A stretch of DNA of 32,000 nt from Planctomycetales bacterium (GCA_022646745.1 CP060262.1:1320001-1352000); one strand, 5' to 3'. Shown: positions 1 through 9,155, numbered from the stretch's first letter. Numbers and translations: made by a program. The notes: generated from the letters alone by a model not told the origin.

Positions 1-285
1 TATGCAACCTGCCTGGCTCATGAACTCAGTCTGAGGAACATCCAGTTCAGTATGGAAGTTCCGGTCCCGATAGAGTACAAATCCTGCAAGTTGGCAACCG
101 CTTTCAGGTTGGATCTGCTGGTTCAAGATGAGTTGGTTGTCGAACTGAAGTCCAGCAAGGGAATTGAGAAGTTGCACCAGGCGCAACTACTGACATACCT
201 GAGACTGGCAAACCTTAGAAAAGGCCTGATAATAAACTTCAATGTCACGAGCCTCCGGCAGGGCATACAGCGAATTGTGAGATAA
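1..285 (+). CDS. GxxExxY-family protein (PD-(D/E)XK nuclease-like), N-terminus cut by left window edge
   Basis: Frame 1 is open from nt 1 (YATCLAHELSLRNIQFS precedes the listed Met at 52) to TAA 283-285. The core RLDLLVQDELVVELKS...HQAQLLTYLRLANLRKGLIINFN matches the conserved pattern of the GxxExxY family. Two hand-counted 60-nt lines give 43-47% GC, below the rest of the window. Confidence 0.8.
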   Translation, partial: YATCLAHELSLRNIQFSMEVPVPIEYKSCKLATAFRLDLLVQDELVVELKSSKGIEKLHQAQLLTYLRLANLRKGLIINFNVTSLRQGIQRIVR

Positions 286-407
286 CTCTGCTTCACAGAA
301 GGACGCATCGTTAAGCATCTTCCTCCGTGGCTCTATGTGGATCTCTTTGGAACTCTGTGTTGACCATGTAGTTCCGTCAGGCAGGATTCAGCATTTAGAA
401 TCGTCGC

Positions 408-1985
408 ATGCTGCAATCGGACAGGCGCAGGCTGCTCAAGAGGCTCGGGGTCGGATGGCTCTGCCTCGTCTGCCTGCTGGCAATCACTGCCGCCGTGCAG
501 CGCCAGCGTGAACTGACCGGTGTTGAGCGCACGCTGATCGAGAGCCGCTACCGTCACTTCGGGGAGATCGGCCGCCATGCCCGTGAGGAATGGCCGACCT
601 ACCGCCACTCCTACGCGCTTTATCTGATTGAGAACGGCCGCCGCAAGCCGGAGCTATTGCGCCTGATGCTGATCAGCGAGGCCTGCGTCGTCAAGCATGA
701 CAGCTACATGAACCGCTACAGCATGAACCTCGACCTGCGCCGGATGCTGATGCGCGAGGTGTTGCCTGCCAACCGTGATGACGCGCTGGTGCACTGGGCC
801 GCCGGGGTCTGCCTGATGAATGCCAGCCAGTTCGGCGAGGCTGCGGATGAACTGAAGCGCTCGCTGGAACTCGGGCTGGACCTGGACCGCTTCGGCATCG
901 AGAAACGCGACATACTGCTGCGCATCATGCTGGCAGCGGCGATGGATGGTGACCCTGCCGAGACAATGCAATGGGTGCGTGAAACGCAACTTGGCGAGGA
1001 CCATGCCCTGAACATGATCTATGCGGACCTGCTGTGCCGCCTGTACCTGTATGGTGACTGCATTGACTTCCTGGCGGATGCCGCAGATCCAGCCGACCTC
1101 TCCTGGGTGATCAATGATCCGCTGGCCCCCCAGCCTGCGGGAATGGCAATAGCCAGGCAGTCCAGAGGTGGCCGGATCTACCTGCGTGCGCTCTGGTACG
1201 ACGGGCACTACGGGGAGTTCGGTGAGTTCATGGAGCAGTTTGGCAGCGCTTTGCAGTCAGGCAATCCCATGGTGGAACTGATCACGCAATCAAGTCCCGG
1301 CTGGTTCGGTGGTGTCTATGAAGACGGAGCGGCATTCATGCCGACGATCCGGGCGTCACTGCTGGATGGCAGTCCGCCGGGAAGCGTGGACCAGCTGTTC
1401 TCCGAAACGAACGAGATCAGCATCCGCCACCGCCTGATGGGACTGGCTGAGGGCTATGCCCTGCTCGGCAGGATTGATTGCCACGACCGGCTTGCTGACT
1501 TGCTGGCCAGCGGCAAGCAGCGCCTGGCGGACGGAGCCTACGGCATGCCAAACGAACTGGACTGGTCCGAGCGCAACCAGCTGCAGCAGCTCACCGGCCG
1601 GGCCTACGGACAGCTGTTGCGCGCGGAGGTGCTGCGCCATGACTGGACTGCGGTGCAGCAGCTGATGGATGACAACGAGGACCTTTACTTCTGGCCGACC
1701 CCGCTTGCAATCAGCAGCGCCGGCTTCCTGCTCGGCATCGTCAACGGTGCGGAGGTCGCCGAACTGGCCTCCACACTGGATGGCTGCATCGAGGCCGCGC
1801 CCTTCCTGCTGCATTCGCCGGAGTACTTAGCTGCCTGCGCTGAAGGCGGGCAGGACCCGGACGAGTTGCGTCGTGCACTCGTCAAGGAGCTTTCCCGACC
1901 CAATGACCCGGACGACGGCTGGTACGGTGGCAACGCAGCCTACTGGGACAGTGCCAACGGTGAACTGGACTGGGGCAGCGTCTAA
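408..1985 (+). CDS. hypothetical membrane-anchored protein (N-terminal TM/signal anchor, helical repeat-like body)
   Basis: 525-aa ORF with a basic N-terminus followed by a hydrophobic stretch (RRRLLKRLGVGWLCLVCLLAITAAV). Codon composition matches the window. No motif I can name and no clear SD, so the start is uncertain. Its stop TAA (1983-1985) overlaps the stop of the convergent PL1 gene. Confidence 0.6.
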   Translation: MLQSDRRRLLKRLGVGWLCLVCLLAITAAVQRQRELTGVERTLIESRYRHFGEIGRHAREEWPTYRHSYALYLIENGRRKPELLRLMLISEACVVKHDSYMNRYSMNLDLRRMLMREVLPANRDDALVHWAAGVCLMNASQFGEAADELKRSLELGLDLDRFGIEKRDILLRIMLAAAMDGDPAETMQWVRETQLGEDHALNMIYADLLCRLYLYGDCIDFLADAADPADLSWVINDPLAPQPAGMAIARQSRGGRIYLRALWYDGHYGEFGEFMEQFGSALQSGNPMVELITQSSPGWFGGVYEDGAAFMPTIRASLLDGSPPGSVDQLFSETNEISIRHRLMGLAEGYALLGRIDCHDRLADLLASGKQRLADGAYGMPNELDWSERNQLQQLTGRAYGQLLRAEVLRHDWTAVQQLMDDNEDLYFWPTPLAISSAGFLLGIVNGAEVAELASTLDGCIEAAPFLLHSPEYLAACAEGGQDPDELRRALVKELSRPNDPDDGWYGGNAAYWDSANGELDWGSV

Positions 1986-3640
1986 GGCATCGGCAGCGGC
2001 GGTACCTGCGGTGCAATCGTGCCGAAGATAATCTGCCCGTCGTCCGTCCGGCGGTAGAACACGGCGGGATTGCCATTCAATTCGAAGAGCACGGGGCTGC
2101 CGAAACCACCGGCATTGCCATTAAGCTGCACATCCTGCCAGCCAAGCGGTTCCTGTGGCTGGGGTGTGCCGCAATCAGCCAGTTGCAGCTTGCCGCCAAA
2201 GGCATCCACTCCCAGCAGCAGCAGCCGGCTGCCAACCAGCTCCATCCGCGGGTAGCTGAGCTCGCCCGGCTCTATCAGAGCGCCTTCACTCCAGTCCGCG
2301 GCCAGCTCGCCGCCGCTGGTCGAAGCCCGAACATATCGCCCATAGGAAAGTGAGACCAATAGATCGTCGTCAGCGGCATGGAAGCCGATCACCGGAGAGC
2401 CGGCGAAGAAGCGCAGGGTGGGCATGGCCTGCATGGCCTCCAGGTCATCCGCTGCCACCACTGCCTGTTCGGGCCAGTCGTGTGACAGGACCCCGTCAAC
2501 GGAACTGCTGCGCATGTACAGTACCTGGCTGCTGAGCAGGGGCTGCTGCGGATTGCTCAGGTACCAGGCCACAGCCGGGTTGCCATCCACGATGCTAAGC
2601 GAGGGGCAGCCCAGCACATAGCCCGGCCCGAGGACTGCGAGAGCTGCCTTCTTGTCCCAGTCGTCATCCGTCCCGCCCTCCGCACTGAGGCTGCGGACAT
2701 ACAGCAGGTCAGCCTGCTCGCCAATGAAGCAGATCGCCGGCTTGCCATCCACCTCAGCCAGTGAATGCAGCGGGGCATGGTCCGTGAAGGAGGCCACATT
2801 GACCGATTTGCCCCAGCCGTCCGTTCCATCCGCTATGCCGCAGCGCACGTAACGCAGCTTCTTGTCATTGCCACTATGGTAACTGAGGGCCGGGTTGCCA
2901 CCGATCAGTGCCATGTCCAGCCACTCGCCCCCAGCAGCCTCCTCCAGCACGGTTGGCTCACCCCAGTCAGACTGGCCGAATCCATTGCCGTCCGCGCGCA
3001 GAAAGGCCGTACTGCCATTGTCATCAAGGAACGCCAGCGCGGGATTGCCTGCAACCTCAAGTGCGGCCATCCGGCTGTATCCGCCGCTGCTGAGCGCCAC
3101 ACCGGTCTCATTGAACTGCCAGCCATTCTCATGGCTGAGCTCGAAGCCGTCGATGTATGCACTGTTGCCGGGTGCTGCCAGCAGCGCGATATAGAGCTGC
3201 TCCGTGCCGGAGTACATCAGCTTGCTCGGCTGCAGGTCCATCACGTCGTCAGTGTGCGGGCCGCTGAATAGCCAGCGTCCAGTCTCGTAATCCGGCAGCG
3301 CCAGCCACAGCCCTTCACCGCTGGCATTGTCGATCTTCACGTTGATTCCCGTGATTTCACTGGAGTGCAGGCTCAGTTCATAGATCGCCCACTCCGATGC
3401 AGCAGCGGAGTCAAGCAGCAGGGTCGAACCGTCATCCGTGGCACCCGGCGAGCGCAGGTAGGTCTGATTGCCACGAACAGGCAGGGTCTGCAGCACCATG
3501 CTGCCCCTGAGGACATCCAGCGCGGGCAGCGTATTGCCGCCAGCCGCCGGACCATGCACGGCCGGCCTGCCGTCACCGGTAGCGCTGCAGCCATACAGCA
3601 GCACAGCACCAAGCAGCCAGAGGATTGTCATTTTCCGCAT
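1982..3640 (-). CDS. PL1: propeller lipoprotein (N-terminal RW-signature domain + Asp-box-like beta-propeller)
   Basis: AGGAG lies 8 nt upstream of ATG 3640. Lipoprotein signal MRKMTILWLLGAVLLYG|C. N-domain signature LALPDYETGRWLF. Blade strands EVAGNPALAF, LIGGNPALSY, EVDGKPAICF, IVDGNPAVAW, ELNGNPAVFY, with interspersed D-x-x-G-x-x-W-type turns (IADGTDGWGK, EGGTDDDWDK). Only 32 nt downstream of PL2, so probably one operon. Confidence 0.85.
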   Translation of the reverse strand: MRKMTILWLLGAVLLYGCSATGDGRPAVHGPAAGGNTLPALDVLRGSMVLQTLPVRGNQTYLRSPGATDDGSTLLLDSAAASEWAIYELSLHSSEITGINVKIDNASGEGLWLALPDYETGRWLFSGPHTDDVMDLQPSKLMYSGTEQLYIALLAAPGNSAYIDGFELSHENGWQFNETGVALSSGGYSRMAALEVAGNPALAFLDDNGSTAFLRADGNGFGQSDWGEPTVLEEAAGGEWLDMALIGGNPALSYHSGNDKKLRYVRCGIADGTDGWGKSVNVASFTDHAPLHSLAEVDGKPAICFIGEQADLLYVRSLSAEGGTDDDWDKKAALAVLGPGYVLGCPSLSIVDGNPAVAWYLSNPQQPLLSSQVLYMRSSSVDGVLSHDWPEQAVVAADDLEAMQAMPTLRFFAGSPVIGFHAADDDLLVSLSYGRYVRASTSGGELAADWSEGALIEPGELSYPRMELVGSRLLLLGVDAFGGKLQLADCGTPQPQEPLGWQDVQLNGNAGGFGSPVLFELNGNPAVFYRRTDDGQIIFGTIAPQVPPLPMP

Positions 3641-3672
3641 GTCTTGTACTCCTGGATTGTCCCGGCGGACAG

Positions 3673-5334
3673 TTACTGCTTTGCCTGCTTGAAGCTGAAG
3701 TCACGCGCATAACGCAGCTTTCCGTCGCCTGTCACGTAGAAGAAGGCCGGGCAATCGTCCACGGCGAGCATGTCGCATGCCAGTACACTGGGGGAACCGG
3801 GCAGTGGATACTCAGGGTATCCATAGATGAATGGTGAATTCGGCAACTCCCGTTGCACTCTGACGTCCAGGCTGTCGGTGGCGTCCCTGGAATATGCAAT
3901 TGCGATGTAGTCACCGAGACCGATCCCTGACAGCAGGCCGCTTCCCGGGCTGAGGCTATAGAACAATGACGTTGTCAGGCTCCAGTCCTGGTCCTCGTTC
4001 CCGTTTCCACCCTGGATCTGGCGGAAGCGCAGGTTCGGGTCCGTGTTGCTGGCACTGTCAGCGTGCATAAGATACATGGTCGGCTTGCTGTTGAGCGACA
4101 GCAGGTCTGCCCAGCTGTGTTCCAGCAGGTCTCCTTCGGTGACCACGGCGGGCTGGGCCGGCCATGCACTGAGCTTGTCACCGGAGGCTGTATCCGCTGC
4201 CATGAACAGCTGGCGGCCGTTCTGCTTGTCATAGAAGCTGACTGCCGGCTTTCCGCGGATCACCTGCAGGCTCGGGTTCAGCGCGCTGACACCGCCCCCG
4301 GAGTGGATCACCAGAGCGGCCTGCCAGTCAGCTGCCAGGTTGCCATCCGGACTGCTGCTGTGCCGGTATGTCAGGTTCAGGTCGGGCGACAGGTAGGCAA
4401 GCGCCGGCGTGCCGTCCACCTGCGCAAGGGAGCATTCCGGCACGTGGTCCAGCGGGGCATTGTCGATCTTCACCGGGCTCGGCCAGTCCGTTGTGAGCGC
4501 ACCCTCGGGGCTGCCGCAGCGGACGTAGCGCAGTTCCGCTGAGTTGTCATCATGGTAGGCGATCGCCGGGTTACCGTTGATTATCCGCATGTCAATCCAC
4601 TGACCGCTGGCAGTGGCGTCAACGAGCACCGGCGTGCCCCAGTCCCCGGGCTGCATTCCGTCGGCCGTTGCCGCGCGGAGATAACTCAGGCCGTTGGCAT
4701 CAAAGAATGCCACCGCCGGATGCCCAGCGACTTCAATCGCGCCGAGTGGTGACTGCACGATGTAGGACGGCAGCTCAATCCCGGTTTCAGCGCTATCCCA
4801 GCCATTGTCAAGCATGGTGCTGACCCCCTGGATGCTGAGGTAGCCATTACCCTCCGCCAGCAGGCAGATGTAGGTGCTGCCCTTTGCACTGCGCTGGGCC
4901 GGAGTTACCTGCACTTCCTCCATGCTGGCAGGGGCGGGCTGGAACTGCCAGCGGCCCGTCTGGAAGTCAGCAATCCCGAGGTACAGGTCGATGTCCGTGT
5001 TTTCGGTGTAATTGATGGAGAATGAGTCAACCGTGCTGCCATCCTCCGTCAGTTGCCAGATGGTCCAGCTGTTGTTCTGGCTGTCAGGGATCAGGTCCAC
5101 ATCAAACGTGATCAAATAGATGGAGGCGTTCGCGGACTTCTCCACCACTGAGGCCCCGTCTTTGTACTGGTTGTACAGGGATCCTGCATGGCGCAGCGGG
5201 GCCGCAGGACCGGATGCGTCAAGCTGGCCGGGTGCAGGCAGGAGAACTGTTTCCAGGGGCAAGGTCCGTGCGCCGCAGGCGCACAGCGAAACCGCAAGCA
5301 GCGTGGGCAGCCAGTATGGGATCGTTCGATTCAT
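3673..5334 (-). CDS. PL2: propeller lipoprotein, paralogue of PL1
   Basis: The ORF track starts at GTG 5337. ATG 5334 is preferred because GAGGA lies 6 nt upstream. Signal MNRTIPYWLPTLLAVSLCA|C. N-domain LGIADFQTGRWQF. Blades EVAGHPAVAF, IINGNPAIAYHDDNSAELRYVRCG, QVDGTPALAY, VIRGKPAVSF. Turns ATADGMQPGDWGTP, SSPDGNLAADW. Confidence 0.85.
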   Translation of the reverse strand: MNRTIPYWLPTLLAVSLCACGARTLPLETVLLPAPGQLDASGPAAPLRHAGSLYNQYKDGASVVEKSANASIYLITFDVDLIPDSQNNSWTIWQLTEDGSTVDSFSINYTENTDIDLYLGIADFQTGRWQFQPAPASMEEVQVTPAQRSAKGSTYICLLAEGNGYLSIQGVSTMLDNGWDSAETGIELPSYIVQSPLGAIEVAGHPAVAFFDANGLSYLRAATADGMQPGDWGTPVLVDATASGQWIDMRIINGNPAIAYHDDNSAELRYVRCGSPEGALTTDWPSPVKIDNAPLDHVPECSLAQVDGTPALAYLSPDLNLTYRHSSSPDGNLAADWQAALVIHSGGGVSALNPSLQVIRGKPAVSFYDKQNGRQLFMAADTASGDKLSAWPAQPAVVTEGDLLEHSWADLLSLNSKPTMYLMHADSASNTDPNLRFRQIQGGNGNEDQDWSLTTSLFYSLSPGSGLLSGIGLGDYIAIAYSRDATDSLDVRVQRELPNSPFIYGYPEYPLPGSPSVLACDMLAVDDCPAFFYVTGDGKLRYARDFSFKQAKQ

Positions 5335-5582
5335 CACCGGTCCTCAGGGGTCGGGTCGCTCCAGGGTGCGCTACTTCTACCCCGCTTGATTATCCCCGTG
5401 TATGGTTGGATGCCGGCATACACTTCTGCGTGATTTTGGCAATACACAGTACACCTGCAGCTGTATTGCCGAAATGCCCTTCAGGTGTACTGTCAACACT
5501 AGGCGGGTCCGGGCATAAGGGATGGTCGGGAGCAGTCCCGATACATCACTCCCGTGACTCTTTCGCGGGGAAGGACCATCCT

Positions 5583-6029
5583 ATGTACCGTTCCATTGCC
5601 AACATGGCCTGCCTGCTGGCGGCGATCCTGCTGACTGCCTGTGGTACGGCCAGTCCTGCAGCCGGAACAGGCCGTGAGGCTGCTGCATCCTATGAGCATG
5701 TGACAGGCAAGGCCTGGTCAGACTACTGGGGCATGGTGGCCCAGTCCTATGCCGTGGTGGAATTCGAGGATCTGCAAAGCGGAACCGTCTACAGCACCAC
5801 CGCTGACGGGATGGGGGACTGGGAGTTGCGGTTGCCCGCCGGGGACTACGAGTTCCGCGTTGTGAAGGGCATCTACCTGATGGACCCGCCGGCCGGCGAG
5901 GCGATTGACAAGCTGCCCACCAAGCTGCGCCTGAAGAACGGGCTGGTGTACTTCCTCGGGTATAACCCGCCGCAGTATCCCTACGGTTTCGTTGTACAGC
6001 AGCCGATCACCACGGCGCAGGATTACTGA
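5583..6029 (+). CDS. small lipoprotein with carboxypeptidase-regulatory-like beta-sandwich motif
   Basis: GGGGAAGGA lies 7 nt upstream of ATG 5583. Signal MYRSIANMACLLAAILLTA|C. The stretch GTVYSTTADGMGDWELRLPAGDYEFRVVKG resembles the CarboxypepD_reg-type sandwich. The listed ORF start at 5214 is an upstream extension with no signal peptide logic. Confidence 0.75.
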   Translation: MYRSIANMACLLAAILLTACGTASPAAGTGREAAASYEHVTGKAWSDYWGMVAQSYAVVEFEDLQSGTVYSTTADGMGDWELRLPAGDYEFRVVKGIYLMDPPAGEAIDKLPTKLRLKNGLVYFLGYNPPQYPYGFVVQQPITTAQDY

Positions 6030-6086
6030 GCTATCCCATCCGATCCGGGGCCGGAGCATGCCCAGCGCTCCGGTCCCGCTTCCGCA

Positions 6087-8330
6087 TCATTCGTACCAGC
6101 AGCAGTTCAGTGTCTGGCTGCTGCCGTCGTAGTACACCACGGTCAGGTTTCCATCAGCACCGGACATCCGCGGTGCATTCGCGATCCCGTCCCCGTAGGC
6201 AACAAGTTGTGGAGCATCCCAGCTGTCGCCACTGGAAGTGGAACGGACGACGGCCACCCCGCCCCTGGCAATGTCGTAATAGCAGATGTAGAAATGGTTG
6301 CCTGAATAGAACTGCGGGTTGTCGCCAGCCAGGTCGCCGATCTGTGATGCTGCCACGCTCCAGTCAGTCGCATCCTGGTTCTGTGCCTTTGCTCCCAGCA
6401 ACGGCCAGCCGAAGGGCTGGCCATAGACGAGGAGCGGCACGCTGCCGTTGAATGCGAGGTCGCTGCCGGAAATCTGCACTTCACTGACTGCTACGGGGTC
6501 CAGCCAGCTGCCGAGGAACAGGTTTGTCGTGCGCAGCAGTTGCTGTTGCCTCACACCGGCCTGCTGGCTGTCAACCAGCATCGCCGCGCTCAGTCCACTG
6601 GCCGGGTTCCAGTTGCCGCAGTCCAGTTCGTAGATCGAGTCGCCGGCCGGCAGGGCCAGCGCCGTCACCGCAGCTTCCCAGCCAGTGGCGTCATTGTCAG
6701 TCGCCGCGTAGCAGACCGCGCTCATCGGCTGGCCGAAGTTCCACTGGTTGACGATGCCGCCGATGTACAGGATGTTGTCAACGGCACCGATCTCCGCCAG
6801 ACGGACGTTCTCGCTGCCGCTGACCTTGTCGCTGGCATCCCACAGTTCGCCGGTGTCCGTGAAGGAGCGTACGATGTGGATTTCGAAAGCCAGTGTATCG
6901 GTGTTCATCCTGTCATAGGCGATGCGGAACAGCGAGCCATGGCGCACGATGTCAAGCCGGGCCTTGTTGTCATAACTGATATCCTGTCCGACGGGGTAGC
7001 GGCGGTTGTTCCAGGCTGAGCCTTCCGTGTTGGCGGAGAGCCTGAACACCAGGTCATTGCTGCTGCCGTCAAAGTAGGCCAGCCCGATCCGTGCAGCGCT
7101 GCCGGCACCGATCCGCGCCAGGTCGGGCTCGCCCTTCAGGTTCAGTCCGCTTTCGATCACGGCGCTGCGCCAGCCGGCGGTCACCTCGATCGGGGCGCTG
7201 ATATAGTTCTCGGCGAGGTTGTTGTCAACCACGGTCAGCTCAACCGTATTGAAGCCGTACTGGTCGAAGTTCCACTGCACGGATTCGTCAGTGCTGGTCA
7301 CCACGTCCGGTTCACCGTCATCCGTGAAGTCCCAGCGGTACTCAATGATTTCACCGTCAAGGTCCGAGCTGCCGGATGGGTCGAAACTGACAGTCAGCGG
7401 TGCCACGCCGGAAATCACGTCACTGATGAAGGAGGCAACCGGCGGACTGTTTTCAGGGTCGATGATCAGGAAGTCCAGGCTGACCGTGTCGCTGTTGCCT
7501 TCCGTGTCATTCACGCGCACAACCGCCGAGTAATTGCCCGGCCCATACAGGTGACTCTCGATGCCATCCGCGTCCCCGATTTCCTCATATGTACCGTCGC
7601 CATCGAAATCGAAATCGTAGCCGGCGATCGGATGCACCAGTACCTCACTGAAGCTGGCATCGAAGGTCACGGTCAGCGGGCCGATGTTCATGGTCGGGTC
7701 CTCGTCCAGGTCAGTCCGCGCATACAGGTACGGCGGCGGTTCACCAATGACGAGGGTGTTCAGTCCGTGGAATTCCGTACCGGTCAGCAGAACCAGCACA
7801 TTCACGGAGCCGAAGCCGTCCTTCAGCTCCGCCAGTTCGCCGATGTCAACGCTGCGCCCGGTCATCGCATGCCATTCCCAGCGACCGCTGCTGAAGTTGG
7901 CAACGGCGACGAAGCAGCTGCCGGGTTCCGGCCCGCTGTCCAGCCAGTTGAGTGTCAGTGGCACGTTTCCCCCCAGCTCCGGCGGGGTGTAGAACCGGTA
8001 CGCCGAATAGGCCGGCTGGAACAATCCCATTTCCGGATCGTAGTTCGGGGTGAAGGTGCCACCCAGCACATTCCGCGCCGGAATGATGGAGGACGAAACG
8101 GATGATGTGATCCAGTAGCCGGCGTAATCCGCGGGCTCACTGGCCTGGCGCTGCAGTTCCGATATGGCCGGCAGCTCGGGCATGCCCTGCAGTGCCGGCT
8201 CGTTCAGGGGCGGGCTGTCCAGCACCACCGGTCCGTTTGAGCCCTGAATTTCGCTGTCTTTTCCTGATCCGCAGGAAACTGCAATCAGGAGCAGGCTGGC
8301 AAGCAACCAGGGGAGGGCGTGTCTGTGCAT
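6087..8330 (-). CDS. PL3: propeller lipoprotein with two inserted PKD domains
   Basis: GAGGA lies 7 nt upstream of ATG 8330. Signal MHRHALPWLLASLLLIAVS|C. N-domain FVAVANFSSGRWEW. Two PKD units, then a degenerate propeller (RIGLAYFDGSSNDLVFRLSANTEGSAWN, STSSGDSWDAPQ, LTVVYYDGSSQTL). Confidence 0.85.
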   Translation of the reverse strand: MHRHALPWLLASLLLIAVSCGSGKDSEIQGSNGPVVLDSPPLNEPALQGMPELPAISELQRQASEPADYAGYWITSSVSSSIIPARNVLGGTFTPNYDPEMGLFQPAYSAYRFYTPPELGGNVPLTLNWLDSGPEPGSCFVAVANFSSGRWEWHAMTGRSVDIGELAELKDGFGSVNVLVLLTGTEFHGLNTLVIGEPPPYLYARTDLDEDPTMNIGPLTVTFDASFSEVLVHPIAGYDFDFDGDGTYEEIGDADGIESHLYGPGNYSAVVRVNDTEGNSDTVSLDFLIIDPENSPPVASFISDVISGVAPLTVSFDPSGSSDLDGEIIEYRWDFTDDGEPDVVTSTDESVQWNFDQYGFNTVELTVVDNNLAENYISAPIEVTAGWRSAVIESGLNLKGEPDLARIGAGSAARIGLAYFDGSSNDLVFRLSANTEGSAWNNRRYPVGQDISYDNKARLDIVRHGSLFRIAYDRMNTDTLAFEIHIVRSFTDTGELWDASDKVSGSENVRLAEIGAVDNILYIGGIVNQWNFGQPMSAVCYAATDNDATGWEAAVTALALPAGDSIYELDCGNWNPASGLSAAMLVDSQQAGVRQQQLLRTTNLFLGSWLDPVAVSEVQISGSDLAFNGSVPLLVYGQPFGWPLLGAKAQNQDATDWSVAASQIGDLAGDNPQFYSGNHFYICYYDIARGGVAVVRSTSSGDSWDAPQLVAYGDGIANAPRMSGADGNLTVVYYDGSSQTLNCCWYE
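7179..7724 (-). other. tandem PKD domains inside PL3
   Basis: PLTVTFDASFSE...YDFDFDGDGTYE...YSAVVRVNDTEGNSDT and APLTVSFDPSGSSDLDGEIIEYRWDFTDDGEPD...NTVELTVVDNNLA carry the classic PKD hallmarks (P-L-x-V-x-F-D, W-D-F-x-D-G, V-x-D). Coordinates were converted from aa 203-384. Confidence 0.8.
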
Positions 8331-8443
8331 CAGTCAATCCTCGCAGGTACAGCTATGTGGCTGGTTAATCCAGGACCCCTGACATTATATGTATTTGGGG
8401 CAGGCAGAATATAACACAGGGCCCATCCTGCTGCGGTGCGGAC

Positions 8444-9121
8444 TCAGATCGTGCGCATGGTGATGCTCCAGCGCTGCCGCTTTACGGGGGCGATGCTGTG
8501 CTGCCAGCGGGAGCGCGAAGCCCCGGCCATCTCATACAGCGAACGGGCCTCGGCCTGGAAACTGATTACCGAGCTGCGGTTGCGCTGCGTCTCGAACTGC
8601 GGGCGCAGCCGGAAAGTGCAATCACTGCCCAGCGACAGACCGATGATCGAGCGGTGCGGCGGGCTGTCCCGGTGCCAGCCGATCGGCGCCCCCGGCGGGT
8701 ACTCCGTCAGCAGGGCATGGCAGATGCTGCCGCGCTCATAGCCGAGGAAGTCCGCCACCCGCTCGGACAGCTCCTTCATCCAGGCAGGGGCCGCCTCGGT
8801 CTGCACGGGTTTCGACTCCACGGTGCCGTCGTCTCGCTGCCGGGGATTGTCGCTCAGCGTGGCGCTGCCCTTGTTCGGGTCAGCCTTATATGTCTCCGGC
8901 ACGCTTTCGCTGAGAGCGAAACTGGCGATCCGGCGCTTGGCCGCATAGCCGTTCCAGACTGCGGTGCGCAGCGCAATGGCCCGGATCTCACGCAGCATGC
9001 GGCGCTCCTCAGCCTCAGAAATGAACTCAGGCTGGTAGATGAAGCCCTGCGGCAGGGGCGGCAGCAGCTGCCGGGAAGCCGGCATCTCGGGAAACAGGCT
9101 GGCGCAACTCAGACTAGACAT
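8444..9121 (-). CDS. alkB: AlkB-family Fe(II)/2-oxoglutarate dioxygenase
   Basis: EYPPGAPIGWHRD (H-x-D), WQHSI (distal His) and RWSITMRT (R-x-S-x-T-x-R) match the AlkB/2OG-FeII_Oxy_2 signature. ATG 9121 is chosen because the ORF-track extension to 9277 is Arg/Pro-rich junk running into a repeat region. There is no SD, but a promoter abuts the ATG. Confidence 0.75.
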   Translation of the reverse strand: MSSLSCASLFPEMPASRQLLPPLPQGFIYQPEFISEAEERRMLREIRAIALRTAVWNGYAAKRRIASFALSESVPETYKADPNKGSATLSDNPRQRDDGTVESKPVQTEAAPAWMKELSERVADFLGYERGSICHALLTEYPPGAPIGWHRDSPPHRSIIGLSLGSDCTFRLRPQFETQRNRSSVISFQAEARSLYEMAGASRSRWQHSIAPVKRQRWSITMRTI

Positions 9122-9127
9122 ATGTTT

Positions 9128-9155
9128 AGTATAACGAAAAATGAGGAAAAAGCAA
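9128..9155 (-). promoter_or_regulatory. sigma70-like promoter, TTGCTT-N16-TATACT, 6 nt before the alkB ATG (leaderless-type)
   Basis: The minus strand reads TTGCTT (9155-9150), a 16-nt AT-rich spacer, TATACT (9133-9128), aaacat, then ATG. There is no Shine-Dalgarno sequence. Confidence 0.35.

Noticed and set aside
5214-5582. Upstream extension of the small lipoprotein ORF. Analogous N-terminal extensions occur at 9122-9277 (alkB), 12100-12117 (hydrolase-cupin gene), 21117-21170 (Ig-like lipoprotein gene), 24624-24689 (Doc1) and 29249-29341 (PL6)
   Set aside because: In each case an internal ATG has an SD at the proper spacing (for alkB, a promoter abutting the ATG) and, for the secreted proteins, starts a proper signal peptide. 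The extensions run through intergenic repeats or a conserved noncoding motif.
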